A DNA stretch of 64,000 nucleotides from NCBI RefSeq assembly GCF_000006765.1, contig NC_002516.2. One strand, written 5' to 3'. The notes below the pieces were generated by a model, which was given only the letters and a program-made list of their open reading frames with translations, was not told the origin of the DNA and did no database searches. The stretch's first letter is position 1. Every line of letters starts with the position of its first letter. The stretch is from Pseudomonas aeruginosa PAO1. GTDB lineage: Bacteria > Pseudomonadota > Gammaproteobacteria > Pseudomonadales > Pseudomonadaceae. A program made the translations under genes and the position numbers. This document shows positions 53,256 through 62,583 of this stretch, piece by piece.

Positions 53256-54092
53256 TCAATGCGGCGCATTGAGAGTCAGGCGCATGTGCCGGTTGACGTC
53301 CTTGTACAGCAGGTAGCGGAAGCGCCCCGGGCCGCCCGAATAGCAGGCCTGCGGGCAGAAGGCGCGCAGCCACATGAAGTCGCCGGCCTCCACCTCGACC
53401 CAGTCCTGGTTCAGGCGGTACACCGCCTTGCCTTCCAGCACGTACAGGCCGTGCTCCATCACGTGGGTCTCGGCGAAGGGGATCACGCCGCCCGGCTCGA
53501 AGTTGACGATGTTGACGTGCATGTCGTGGCGCATGTCGCTCATGTCGACGAAGCGGGTGGTGCTCCAGCGGCCTTCGGTGTCCGGCATCACCAGCGGCTG
53601 GATGTCCTGCTCGTTGGTGACGAAGGCTTCCGGCAGCGGTACGCCGTCGACCTTCTGGTAGTGCTTGCGGATCCAGTGGAAGCGGGTGTGCTGGCCGGTG
53701 GTATTGCGCACCTTGTAGTCGGCGCCCGGCGGAATGAAGGCGTAGCCGCCCGGCTGCATGGCGTGGACCTGGCCCTGCAGGGTCAGGCTCAGCTCGCCTT
53801 CGACGACGAACAGCACGGCCTCGGCGTTGGGATCCTGCTCCGGTTTGTCGCTGCCACCGTTGGGCGCCAGTTCGACGATGTACTGCGAGAAGGTCTCGGC
53901 GAAGCCGGACAGCGGGCGGGCGATCACCCACATGCGCATGTTGTCCCAGAACGGCAGGTGGCTGGTGACGATATCGCGCATCACCCCCTTGGGAATCACG
54001 GCATAGGCTTCGGTGAACATCGCCCGGTCGGTGAGCAGCTCGGTCTGTGCCGGGTGCCCGCCGTGCGGCGCGTAGTAGCTGGACTTGGACAT
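53256..54092 (-). CDS. allE: (S)-ureidoglycine aminohydrolase, bicupin
   Basis: 278 aa; ETFSQYIVE, HDMHVNIVNFEPG, ETHVMEHGLYVLEG, YLLYKDVNR. Confidence 0.9.
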   Translation of the reverse strand: MSKSSYYAPHGGHPAQTELLTDRAMFTEAYAVIPKGVMRDIVTSHLPFWDNMRMWVIARPLSGFAETFSQYIVELAPNGGSDKPEQDPNAEAVLFVVEGELSLTLQGQVHAMQPGGYAFIPPGADYKVRNTTGQHTRFHWIRKHYQKVDGVPLPEAFVTNEQDIQPLVMPDTEGRWSTTRFVDMSDMRHDMHVNIVNFEPGGVIPFAETHVMEHGLYVLEGKAVYRLNQDWVEVEAGDFMWLRAFCPQACYSGGPGRFRYLLYKDVNRHMRLTLNAPH

Positions 54093-54228
54093 GGAGCGTT
54101 TCCTCGTTGTTGTCTTGCTGCCGGCTCACGCGCCGCCGGAGCGAAACGGGCGGGCGCGAGCCGTTGCTGACGGCAACGATATCCAGCGCCTGTCGCATGC
54201 ACAAATTAAATGTTGGAATCCAGTATAT

Positions 54229-55131
54229 TCATTTTTCGAATGCGGGCCGGCTCCGGGTATCTTCCGCCAGCACCCGCGACAGCACGCGCGCCAGCGCCTT
54301 CACCATCGGATCCGCCGCCGGCCGGTGCAGCAGCGCCACTTCGAACACGTCCACCGCCGGCAGCCCGACGTTCTTCGGCAGCACCGCGTGGCCTGCGCTC
54401 ACCGCGCGCAGCGGCAGCAGGCCGATGCCCATGCCGTCGGCGATGGCCGATTGCAGACCGCTGAGGCTGGAACTGGTGAAGCTGATGTGCCAGCGCCGGC
54501 CGACCGCTTCCAGGGCGGCGATCATCTCGTCGCGGTAGACCCCGCGCGGCGGGAAGGTGACGATGGGCAGCGGGTCGAGGTCGATGCAGGGGTTCCTGGC
54601 GCTGTCCACCCAGCATGTCTTTTCCGGCCAGCAGGCCAGTGCCTCGCGGCTGGCGCGTCGCTGCTTGAGCAGCACCAGGTCCAGTTCGCCGCGGTCGTAG
54701 CTGGCGCTGAGGTCGCGGCTCATGCCGCTGGTGACTTCCAGCTTGACCTGTGGATAACGCCGGTTGAAGGCCGCCAGTCGCTCGGTGGTACGGCCGGCGG
54801 CGAAGTCGTCCGGCACGCCGATACGTACCGTCAGCGCCACCGTGGCGCCGGATAGCGCCTCGGCCAGTTCGTCGTTCAGTGCCAGCAGGCGGCGGGCATA
54901 GCCGAGCAGCGTATCGCCGGCGTCGGTCGGCAACACGTCGCGGTTGCCGCGCTCCAGCAGGCGGTGTCCGGCCATTTCCTCCAAGCGGCGAACCTTCTGG
55001 CTGACGGTCGACTGGGTCGAGTGCAGGCGCGCGGCGGCAGTGGTGAAGCTGCCGCAGTCGGCCACCGTGACGATGGCGCGGAGCAGGTCGAGGTCGAACA
55101 GGCGGCTATTCGATTTTTCACTGTCGCTCAT
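54229..55131 (-). CDS. LysR-family regulator, about 300 aa
   Basis: FDLDLLRAIVTVADCGSFTTAAARLHSTQSTVSQKVRRLE. Confidence 0.93.
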   Translation of the reverse strand: MSDSEKSNSRLFDLDLLRAIVTVADCGSFTTAAARLHSTQSTVSQKVRRLEEMAGHRLLERGNRDVLPTDAGDTLLGYARRLLALNDELAEALSGATVALTVRIGVPDDFAAGRTTERLAAFNRRYPQVKLEVTSGMSRDLSASYDRGELDLVLLKQRRASREALACWPEKTCWVDSARNPCIDLDPLPIVTFPPRGVYRDEMIAALEAVGRRWHISFTSSSLSGLQSAIADGMGIGLLPLRAVSAGHAVLPKNVGLPAVDVFEVALLHRPAADPMVKALARVLSRVLAEDTRSRPAFEK

Positions 55132-55296
55132 GGTCGTATCGCATTTTCGAATGTCGTCGCCGCTTTTAGCAGGCCGTGCCGTCAGCGGCAACCGCTCAGC
55201 GTCGACGCAGCGTGCCCAGCGGTCGACCAATGCGCTGGAAGCGGCGGGAAACCCGCCAGGCGGTCATGCATGCGCCAGGAACAGGACCGCGGAGCG

Positions 55297-56013
55297 CTAC
55301 TCGGGCACCTCGACGTTGACCTGTAGCGCGTCGTGGCGCCAGTACTCCAGGTCGCAGTCGATCAGGCGGCCCGCCTGGTCGCGGTTGACCCGCACGATCT
55401 GCAGCGCCGGGCTGCCCACCGAAACCCGCAGCGGCCCGGCGGCTTCCGCCGGGAGGATGGTCGGGACCATCTCGAAGCGCACCCGGCCGTAGCGGATGCC
55501 GTAGTGGTTGGCGTAGAGATCGGTCAGCGAGCGAGTCAGGTCGAAGCGCTCGATGCCGGGAAAGTAGGCGGGATTCAGGTAGTGCTCGACGTACAGCACC
55601 AGCCGCCCGTCGACCCGCCGCGCCCGGCGGATCTGGAACACCCGCGACAGCGCCGGCAGCTCCAGGCGCTGGCAGATGTCGACGCTGGCCGGGATCATCG
55701 CCGCGCCGAGCACCTCGGTCTCCGGCACCCGGCCCTGGTCGGCGACCATCGCGTGGAAGTGGCTGCGCACCAGCGGGTTGTACAGCAGCCGCTGCGGCGA
55801 GACGAACCAGCCGCGGCGTTCCTCGCGGTAGATCAGGCCCTGGTCCTCCAACTGGCCGAGCGCCTCGCGCAGGGTGATGCGGGTGGTCGAGAACAGCTCG
55901 CTCAATTGCCGTTCGCTGGGCAGCTTGCTGCCGCGCGCGAGCAGGCCGCGCTCGATCTGCTCGCGCAGGGACTGGTAGATCACCGTCAGGGGGCGGGACG
56001 GCTCGTCGCGCAT
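55297..56013 (-). CDS. GntR/HutC-family regulator with UTRA domain (PhnR-like)
   Basis: KLPSERQLSELFSTTRITLREAL wHTH; UTRA domain ending DCDLEYWRHD. Confidence 0.92.
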   Translation of the reverse strand: MRDEPSRPLTVIYQSLREQIERGLLARGSKLPSERQLSELFSTTRITLREALGQLEDQGLIYREERRGWFVSPQRLLYNPLVRSHFHAMVADQGRVPETEVLGAAMIPASVDICQRLELPALSRVFQIRRARRVDGRLVLYVEHYLNPAYFPGIERFDLTRSLTDLYANHYGIRYGRVRFEMVPTILPAEAAGPLRVSVGSPALQIVRVNRDQAGRLIDCDLEYWRHDALQVNVEVPE

Positions 56014-56094
56014 ATCGACGCTTCTCCGCTGGGGCTCCGGGGGGCTACAGGGTAATGCTTCCGGGCCGCCGGCGGTATAGCGCGGCGCGCCTTC

Positions 56095-56748
56095 TCAGCG
56101 CCATTCCAGCACTGGCCAGCCGGCCTCGCGGGCGTGCCCGAGCAGCGCCGGGTCGGGGTTCACCGTGTGCGGTCGGTCGACCCGCGAGAGCAGCGGCAGG
56201 TCGTTGCGCGAGTCGGAATAGAAGGTCGCGCCGGCCAGCGTCTCGCCCTCCTGGGCCAGCCAGGCGTCGAGGCGACGGACCTTGCCCTCGCGGTAGGTGA
56301 GGGTGCCGCGGGTGCGCCCGGTGTAGAGGCCGTCGCGCTCCTCGAGGTCGATCGCCAGCACCTCGTCCACCCCCAGCCGGCGGCCGATGGCGCTGACCAG
56401 GAAGTGCGCCGAGGCGGAGATGATCAGCAGGCGGTCGCCGGCCTGGCGGTGGCGTTCCAGGCAGCGCAGGGCGTCGGCGTGGATGCGCGGCGCTATGATC
56501 CGCGCGACGAAATCCTCGACGGCGCCGGCGATCTCCGCCGGGGTGCGGCCGGCGATGGGCGCCAGGCTGAAGTCCATGTAGTCCTCCATGGCCAGCCGGC
56601 CCTCGGCATAGAGTTCCATGAGGCGGCGTTCCTGGTGCAGGAAGGCGGTCTTCTCGACCCAGCCCAGTTCGGTCATGTAGCGCCCCCAGAGGGTCGCGCA
56701 GTCGCCGTCGATCAGGGTGTCGTCGAGGTCGAAGAGGGCAAGTGGCAT
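56095..56748 (-). CDS. HAD-IB (SerB-like) phosphatase, 217 aa
   Basis: FDLDDTL motif I, IISAS motif II, GK motif III, YSDSRNDLPLL motif IV. Confidence 0.92.
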   Translation of the reverse strand: MPLALFDLDDTLIDGDCATLWGRYMTELGWVEKTAFLHQERRLMELYAEGRLAMEDYMDFSLAPIAGRTPAEIAGAVEDFVARIIAPRIHADALRCLERHRQAGDRLLIISASAHFLVSAIGRRLGVDEVLAIDLEERDGLYTGRTRGTLTYREGKVRRLDAWLAQEGETLAGATFYSDSRNDLPLLSRVDRPHTVNPDPALLGHAREAGWPVLEWR

Positions 56749-56815
56749 AGGCGGTTCCTTGTTCGCTAGGGATTGGCCCGGCACGCCTGGCGCCGGGCGG
56801 TGGTTCGGCGAGGTT

Positions 56816-58150
56816 TCAACGCGGCTTGCCGGCCGCCAGCAGCGGCCCGCTGGCATGCGCCTTCGGTTCGACGCGGCACGCGCCTGGCCGGCTGTTCCAG
56901 AACGGCACCAGCAGCAGGCTGGCGAGCAGCGCGGTGGCGGTGAACACGAAGAACACCGTGAGGGTGTCGAAGTAGCCCGGCAGCAGGCCGCCGAGGATCG
57001 CCCCGACCGAGCCGCAGCCGTTGACGAAGCCGGTGGCGGTACCGGCTGCTTCGCTGGTACCGAAGTCGATGGCGGCGGCGCCGCTGATCATCGAGTCCGG
57101 CCCGTAGAGGGTGACGCCCATCATGAACAGCAGGCTGACCACCAGGTACAGGCTGCCGCTCTGCATCGCCGGGACGAACAGCGCCAGGCTCAGGGTCAGC
57201 GCCGCCAGGCTGAGCACGCAGGCCGGCATGCGGCGGGCGCCGAACAGCTTGTCCGAGGCCAGGCCGATGAGGATCGGCCCGGCCAGCCCGGCGACCTCGA
57301 AGGCCGAAGGCACGATGGCCGAGGCGACCTTGCCGATCTCCGGCATGCGTTCGTAGATGATCACCGGGCCCCAGAGCAGGATCGCGTAGCGCGCCGGCTT
57401 GAGCAGGAAGTAGGCGATGCCGAGGACCAGCACGTGGGGATTCCTGAGCGCCTTCAGCAGGGCGCCGGAATGGCTCGGCCGGGGCGCGTTGGCGGGGGGC
57501 GCGGCCTCGGCCTCCACGGGCGGCAGGCCGACGTCCTGCGGACGGTTGCGCTGGAGGAAGAAGAACAGCACGGCCACCGCCAGCACCACTCCCGCCGAGG
57601 ACAGGAAGGCCATGCGCCAGTCATGCGTCAACCGGTAGGCGCACCAGCCGGCGAACGGCGTCGCCACCAGCCCGCCGAAGGCGTAGCAGGTACTCCACAG
57701 GCCGAGCACGCGGCCTCGCTCGTAGGTGGCGAAGAAGGCGCCGATGTTCTTGCACAGCCCCGACCAGCCGGTGGACTGCGCCAGGCCCTGGACCACCATG
57801 CAGGCGGCGAAGATCGGCAGGGTGGCGAAGGTACCCATCATCAGCGCCGCCAGCGCCGAGGTGAGCAAACCGCCGAGCACCACCACGCGGGTGCCGAAGC
57901 GGTCGGCGAACACCCCCCACATGAACTGGCCCACGGCGTAGGCGGCCAGGTAGAGGGCATCGAGATCGGCCATGGCGCTCTTGTCGAGCTCGAAGGAGGG
58001 GTCTTCGGCGATGCCGAGCTTGGCCACCGAGAAGGCCTTGCGGGTGAAGTAGAAGGCGGCGTAGGCCAGCCAGGTGATGACGAAGATCTGGATGCGCCAG
58101 CGCTGGAGCGATTGCCAGCCACGGTGCAGGGTACCGTTGTGGTTGTTCAT
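56816..58150 (-). CDS. OPA-family (GlpT/UhpT-like) MFS antiporter, 444 aa
   Basis: AFYFTRKAFSVAK, YAVGQF, QSTGWSG...W, ERGRVLGLWSTCYAFGG, GFVNGCGSVG. Confidence 0.9.
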   Translation of the reverse strand: MNNHNGTLHRGWQSLQRWRIQIFVITWLAYAAFYFTRKAFSVAKLGIAEDPSFELDKSAMADLDALYLAAYAVGQFMWGVFADRFGTRVVVLGGLLTSALAALMMGTFATLPIFAACMVVQGLAQSTGWSGLCKNIGAFFATYERGRVLGLWSTCYAFGGLVATPFAGWCAYRLTHDWRMAFLSSAGVVLAVAVLFFFLQRNRPQDVGLPPVEAEAAPPANAPRPSHSGALLKALRNPHVLVLGIAYFLLKPARYAILLWGPVIIYERMPEIGKVASAIVPSAFEVAGLAGPILIGLASDKLFGARRMPACVLSLAALTLSLALFVPAMQSGSLYLVVSLLFMMGVTLYGPDSMISGAAAIDFGTSEAAGTATGFVNGCGSVGAILGGLLPGYFDTLTVFFVFTATALLASLLLVPFWNSRPGACRVEPKAHASGPLLAAGKPR

Positions 58151-58162
58151 GTGGGTCCCTAT

Positions 58163-58534
58163 GGGTCTAGACAGTGCGGGGAGGTTGTTCTTGTTGTGCT
58201 GCTGCAAAGCTGTCCGGATGCATGGTCTAGGCCAGATGCCTTTCCCATGACTTTTTTCGTGCGCAAGGTTGGCTGTCGACGCGCTCCTGCTCGGTCCTGC
58301 CGAGGCTGAGATGGATTGTGAAGGCTTGGTGGCGGTGCGTGGCGCCGATCCGGTCAGGCTGGGCCGGCTGGCGAAGGTCAATCTAGCACCGGGTATTTTT
58401 ATGGTCTAGACCAAAAGCGGGGCGAAACGATTCGATTTTTTCGAGGGATTGCCTGGGATTGGTGCATTTTCTTGTCCTGGCGGCACCTTTTGGCGGGACT
58501 TTTCTACGTATTTTCAAGAAATTGGAATAGACCA
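58163..58534. promoter_or_regulatory. Four TGGTCTAGACCA-type GntR/HutC operators
   Basis: 58163 GGGTCTAGACAG (9/12), 58223 TGGTCTAGGCCA (11/12), 58402 TGGTCTAGACCA (12/12), 58523 TGGAATAGACCA (10/12). Confidence 0.8.
58380..58408 (-). promoter_or_regulatory. Predicted sigma70-type promoter of the OPA transporter operon
   Basis: Minus strand TAGACC-N17-TAGATT with extended TGn; the -35 lies inside the perfect operator. Confidence 0.55.
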
Positions 58535-58643
58535 GATTTTCGATGATACGCCAGCGCCTCTGGTGCGCCGTGCGCCGCCGCTGGATGGCCGCGTGTCGCG
58601 GCGCTCGGCTAGACTGCGGGACCTCGCGCCGGATCGGACCGCC

Positions 58644-59546
58644 ATGCTGAGAAACGTCACCGACCTAGACCTGCGTCTGTTGCGCATCTTCGCCTGCGTG
58701 GTGAAGTGCGGCGGTTTCACCGCGGCCCAGGCCGAGCTGAACATGAGCCAGTCGAACATCAGCATGCACATCGCCAGCCTGGAGAAGCGCCTCGGCTACC
58801 GGCTCTGCGAGCGCGGCAAGGGCGGTTTCCGACTGACCGCCAAGGGTCGCCGGGTGCTGGAGGCTTCGCGAACGATGTTCGACGCCATCGGCCTATTTCG
58901 CGACCAGGCGCAGGCGTTGTCCGGACGTTTGGTCGGGGAGCTGTACCTGGGCCTCGCGGACAATCTCGCGACCTTGCCCCAGGCCCGTTTCGGCGATGCG
59001 CTGGCGCGCTTCCAGCGGCGCGACCAGGATGTCCAACTGAACCTTTTCGTCAATTCGCCCACCGAGCTGGAACTGGCGGTGATCGAAGGCGAGCTGGACC
59101 TGGCGATCTCCTATTTCAGCCGTTCGCGGCCGAGCCTCGAATACCGCCCGCTGTATCGCGAAGAGATCGGCGTGTTCTGCGGCGATCGCCATCCGCTGTT
59201 CGCCGAGGCGCAGCCGACCCTGGAGCGGATCGCCGCCTGTGACTGGGTGATGCACGGCTTTCTGCCGGAAAACCTGGTCCTGCCGCTACGCCCGTCGCGC
59301 AGCCGCGCCACCGCCTACCACATGGAAGCGGTCGCCCATGCCGTGCTGGCCGGCACCCACCTGGGCTACCTGCCGACCCATTACGCCGAAGCCTGGATCG
59401 AGCGTGGGCGGATGCGCGCGCTGTTGCCGGAGCGGCTGAGCTACCCGGTGGAGCACAGCATGATCGTCTATGCCGGGCGCCCCCTCAGCGAAGCCGCCCG
59501 CGCCTTCATCGACGACCTGCTGCAGGTCCACGGCCTGGCGTCCTGA
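58644..59546 (+). CDS. LysR-family regulator, 300 aa
   Basis: DLDLRLLRIF...GGFTAAQAELNMSQSNISMHIASLEKRLG. Confidence 0.95.
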   Translation: MLRNVTDLDLRLLRIFACVVKCGGFTAAQAELNMSQSNISMHIASLEKRLGYRLCERGKGGFRLTAKGRRVLEASRTMFDAIGLFRDQAQALSGRLVGELYLGLADNLATLPQARFGDALARFQRRDQDVQLNLFVNSPTELELAVIEGELDLAISYFSRSRPSLEYRPLYREEIGVFCGDRHPLFAEAQPTLERIAACDWVMHGFLPENLVLPLRPSRSRATAYHMEAVAHAVLAGTHLGYLPTHYAEAWIERGRMRALLPERLSYPVEHSMIVYAGRPLSEAARAFIDDLLQVHGLAS

Positions 59547-59550
59547 GCGC

Positions 59551-60732
59551 TCAGGCGAGAGTCCCGGCCACCGCCTGGCGGTAGATGCGCGCATAATCCC
59601 GGGCATCGAGCGGCAGGGCGTTGGTCGCCGAGGACGACAGGTCGGCCAGCGCCTGCTCGCCCACCCATTGCGCGTCCTCGCCATCCAGGCCGAGGGCGGC
59701 GAGGTTCGCCGGGATGCCGATGCGCGCGCGCAGTTCGAGGATCCACGCCAGCAGGCCGTCGAAGCTCGCTTCGTCGAGTTCCAGGTAGCGCGCCAGGCGC
59801 GCGGCGTCGGCTTCTATCGCCGGGCGGTTGGCCAGCAGAACGTAGGGCAGCAGCACGGCGTTCAGCAGGCCGTGGTGCAGGTGATGGCGAGCGCCCAGCG
59901 GGTGGGCCAGGGCGTGGACCCCGCCAAGCCCCTTCTGGAATGCCACCGCGGCGCTGGCCGAGGCTACCAGCATGCCTTCCCGGGCGGCGAGGTCGTTGCC
60001 GTCGCGCACGGCGTTTTCCAGGTGCTGCCTGACCAGGCGCACGCCTTCCAGGGCGATGCCCGCCGACATCGGATGGTAGAGCGGCGAGAACAGCGCCTCC
60101 AGGTGATGGGTGAGGGCGTCCATGCCGGTGGCGGCGCTCAGCGCCGGCGGCAACCCGCGGGTCAGGCGCGGGTCGAGGAATACGCAGGCGGCCAGCAGCT
60201 CGCGATGGCCGACCACCCGCTTGATGCCCAGTTGTGTGTCGGTCAGCACCGCCTCGCGTCCCAGTTCCGAGCCGGTGCCGGCGGTCGTGGGCAGCGCCAG
60301 CAGCGGCGGCAGGCCGAGCGGCGGGTAGTCGGCGAGGGTCGGATAGCTGCGCAGCGTCTGTGTCCATTCGAAGCGTTCGAGTCCGTGCGGATCGCGGCTG
60401 AGCAGGGCGATTCCCTTGGCCGCGTCGAGGGCGCTGCCGCCGCCGAGGGCGATCAGCGCGTCATGCCCGCCAGCCTCGAAGCGCCTGGCGCCGCCCTGGA
60501 CTTCAGCGAGGCTGGGGTTGCTCGACAGTTCGTGGAACAGGTCATGGTCGATGCCGGCGCGTTCCAGGCATTCGCGCACCAGGCGCAGGGGCTCCAGGGC
60601 GCGCATGCCGGGATCGGTGACCAGCAGGGGCCGGCGTGCGCCCGCCAGCGCGCAACGCCTCGGCAGTTGTTCCAGGGCGCCGACGCCGCAGAGGATATCG
60701 GTGGGGTAGTTCCAGTAATGCAGGTCGCTCAT
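59551..60732 (-). CDS. Iron-containing alcohol dehydrogenase, 393 aa
   Basis: GGGSALDAAK, PTTAGTGSE, GMDALTHHLE, HALAH and HHG metal ligands. Confidence 0.95.
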   Translation of the reverse strand: MSDLHYWNYPTDILCGVGALEQLPRRCALAGARRPLLVTDPGMRALEPLRLVRECLERAGIDHDLFHELSSNPSLAEVQGGARRFEAGGHDALIALGGGSALDAAKGIALLSRDPHGLERFEWTQTLRSYPTLADYPPLGLPPLLALPTTAGTGSELGREAVLTDTQLGIKRVVGHRELLAACVFLDPRLTRGLPPALSAATGMDALTHHLEALFSPLYHPMSAGIALEGVRLVRQHLENAVRDGNDLAAREGMLVASASAAVAFQKGLGGVHALAHPLGARHHLHHGLLNAVLLPYVLLANRPAIEADAARLARYLELDEASFDGLLAWILELRARIGIPANLAALGLDGEDAQWVGEQALADLSSSATNALPLDARDYARIYRQAVAGTLA

Positions 60733-60833
60733 GGCGATGCTCCGTGAAAGCAGGATGAGCCGGGCCCCGCCGGGCGCGAAGCCAGCGTGCGGGAACAACC
60801 GGAGGAGGCGCCGGAACGGCCGGCGCGTGCGGG

Positions 60834-62324
60834 TCAGTCCGCCGGCGGAGCGGCGAAGCTGAGGCTGGTGGCGATGCGCCGATGCGGCTTGGCGATGACC
60901 ATGTAGAGCAGGCCGAACGCGGCCAGCGCGGAGAACACCACGACCACCGCCCAGACCTGGAACCAGGGCGCGTCGGGCGGGGCGAGGCTGGCCCGCGGCC
61001 AGGCGACGTTGAGCGCCTCGAACGACAGCCAGGCGACTGCCAGGACGTTCACCGCCAGCCCCGCGCGCCCCAGGCGCAAGGCGCCCTTGTCCGGGTCCCA
61101 GCGGCCGACGAGGCGGGCCCAGAGAGCGCAGGCGGCGACGATCAGGAAGACCACGAAGAAACCGCCGCTGCCGAACGCGATCAGCGTGCCGACCGCCGTG
61201 GCGTTCAGCCCCAGGGCCAGGCCGAGGCTGGCCAGCAGCGTGCTGCAGACCATCGCCGCCATCGGCACCTTGCGCCGGTCGACCCGGCGCAGCAGGGCGG
61301 AGCCGGGCAGGATGGCGTCGCGCGCCATGCCGAAGATCGCCCGGCCGATGTAGGTCTGCACCGACACCACGCAGGCGACGAAGGCGATCAGCACCACTGC
61401 GACGAAGGGCCGCTCGGCCCAGGCGCCGAAGGCGTCCACCACCGCCGGGGTGACCGGGTCGACCACCTGGCCGCTGACCACCGCGCCGATGTCCTGGTAG
61501 GACAGGGTCACGGCGAAGGCGGTGAGCATCACGGTGAATCCCACCACCAGCATCGAGCGCAGGATCGCCCGGGGAGTGGAGACGCGGGCATCGGTGGTTT
61601 CCTCGGAAATCTGCGAGCAGGCGTCGAAGCCGAGGAAAGCCCAGCCGCCCACCGCCAGCGCGGTCAGCACGCCGTCCAGGTAGGAACCGTCCGCATCGCC
61701 TGTGCCGCCCGGGCCGCTGAACAGCAGATCGAGCGGATGGTTGCGGAAGAACAGCAGCAACAGCACGCCGATACCGATGGAGGCGATGGCCTCGGCGACG
61801 ATCCCGGCATTGACGAAGTACTTCAACGGGTTGATCCCCAGCAGGTTCACCGCCAGTCCCAGCGCCAGCAGCAGCGCGCCGCAGAGCACCTGGCCGTTGG
61901 CCGACGGCGGCGCGCCGGTCGCCAGCAGGCCGAGCCAGAAGCCACCGAGGTAGGCCACGGTAGTCAGCGAGGCCAGCGCCGAAGCCAGGTAGAGGAAGCC
62001 GGTGAACCAGGCCAGGCGGTCGCCCACCAGGCGCCGCACCCACTGGTAGCAGCCGCCGGCCAGCGGAAACTGCGAGGACAGCTCGGCGTAGACCAGCGCC
62101 ACGCCGAACTGCAGCAGCAGGCACAGCGGCACCACCCAGACCCAGGAGGGGCCCATGCTCATGGCGCCGAGGGACATCACCGAGTAGATGCCCACCACCG
62201 GCGAGATGGTAGCGAAGCCGACGGAAAAGGACGACCACAGGCTCAGCCCGCGCTCCAGTTCCTGGCGATAGCCGTGGGCCGCCAGCAGGCGTTCGTCGCG
62301 GGAGGTATCGCGGAGATCAGTCAT
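60834..62324 (-). CDS. APC-family amino acid/amine permease, 496 aa
   Basis: GYRQELERGLSLWSSFSVGF, AELSSQFPLAGG.Y.W, GFDACSQISEET. Confidence 0.95.
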   Translation of the reverse strand: MTDLRDTSRDERLLAAHGYRQELERGLSLWSSFSVGFATISPVVGIYSVMSLGAMSMGPSWVWVVPLCLLLQFGVALVYAELSSQFPLAGGCYQWVRRLVGDRLAWFTGFLYLASALASLTTVAYLGGFWLGLLATGAPPSANGQVLCGALLLALGLAVNLLGINPLKYFVNAGIVAEAIASIGIGVLLLLFFRNHPLDLLFSGPGGTGDADGSYLDGVLTALAVGGWAFLGFDACSQISEETTDARVSTPRAILRSMLVVGFTVMLTAFAVTLSYQDIGAVVSGQVVDPVTPAVVDAFGAWAERPFVAVVLIAFVACVVSVQTYIGRAIFGMARDAILPGSALLRRVDRRKVPMAAMVCSTLLASLGLALGLNATAVGTLIAFGSGGFFVVFLIVAACALWARLVGRWDPDKGALRLGRAGLAVNVLAVAWLSFEALNVAWPRASLAPPDAPWFQVWAVVVVFSALAAFGLLYMVIAKPHRRIATSLSFAAPPAD

Positions 62325-62477
62325 GGCGGTCTCCGGGCGAGCGCTGCGGGGAAGGGGAAAGGCGGATGCCACCGATGCGATGGGTGAGCATGGAGAGTCC
62401 TCGTCGGCTATTGGAATTGTTATGGCCGCTTCCGGGACGAGCGAAAGCGTGGCAGACGCAGGTTAGGCGGATTACCT

Positions 62478-62526
62478 ATCAGGATGAATTCATATTCGAT
62501 TGGGCTGGCATCAGGAAAACCTGATG
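62478..62526. promoter_or_regulatory. Dyad pair upstream of the APC permease operon
   Basis: CATCAGG-AAAA-CCTGATG (62509-62526) plus a degenerate copy ATCAGGATGAATTCAT (62478-62493), 32 bp away. Confidence 0.55.
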
Positions 62527-62545
62527 TATGGCCAGGCCCCGAGAA

Positions 62546-62572
62546 GGCCGGCTCCTGCGAAGGGAGCCGGCC
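62546..62572 (-). terminator. toxA terminator hairpin
   Basis: GGCCGGCTCC-N7-GGAGCCGGCC, 10-bp stem immediately after the toxA stop. Confidence 0.75.
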
Positions 62573-62583
62573 GGTCGCGGCAG

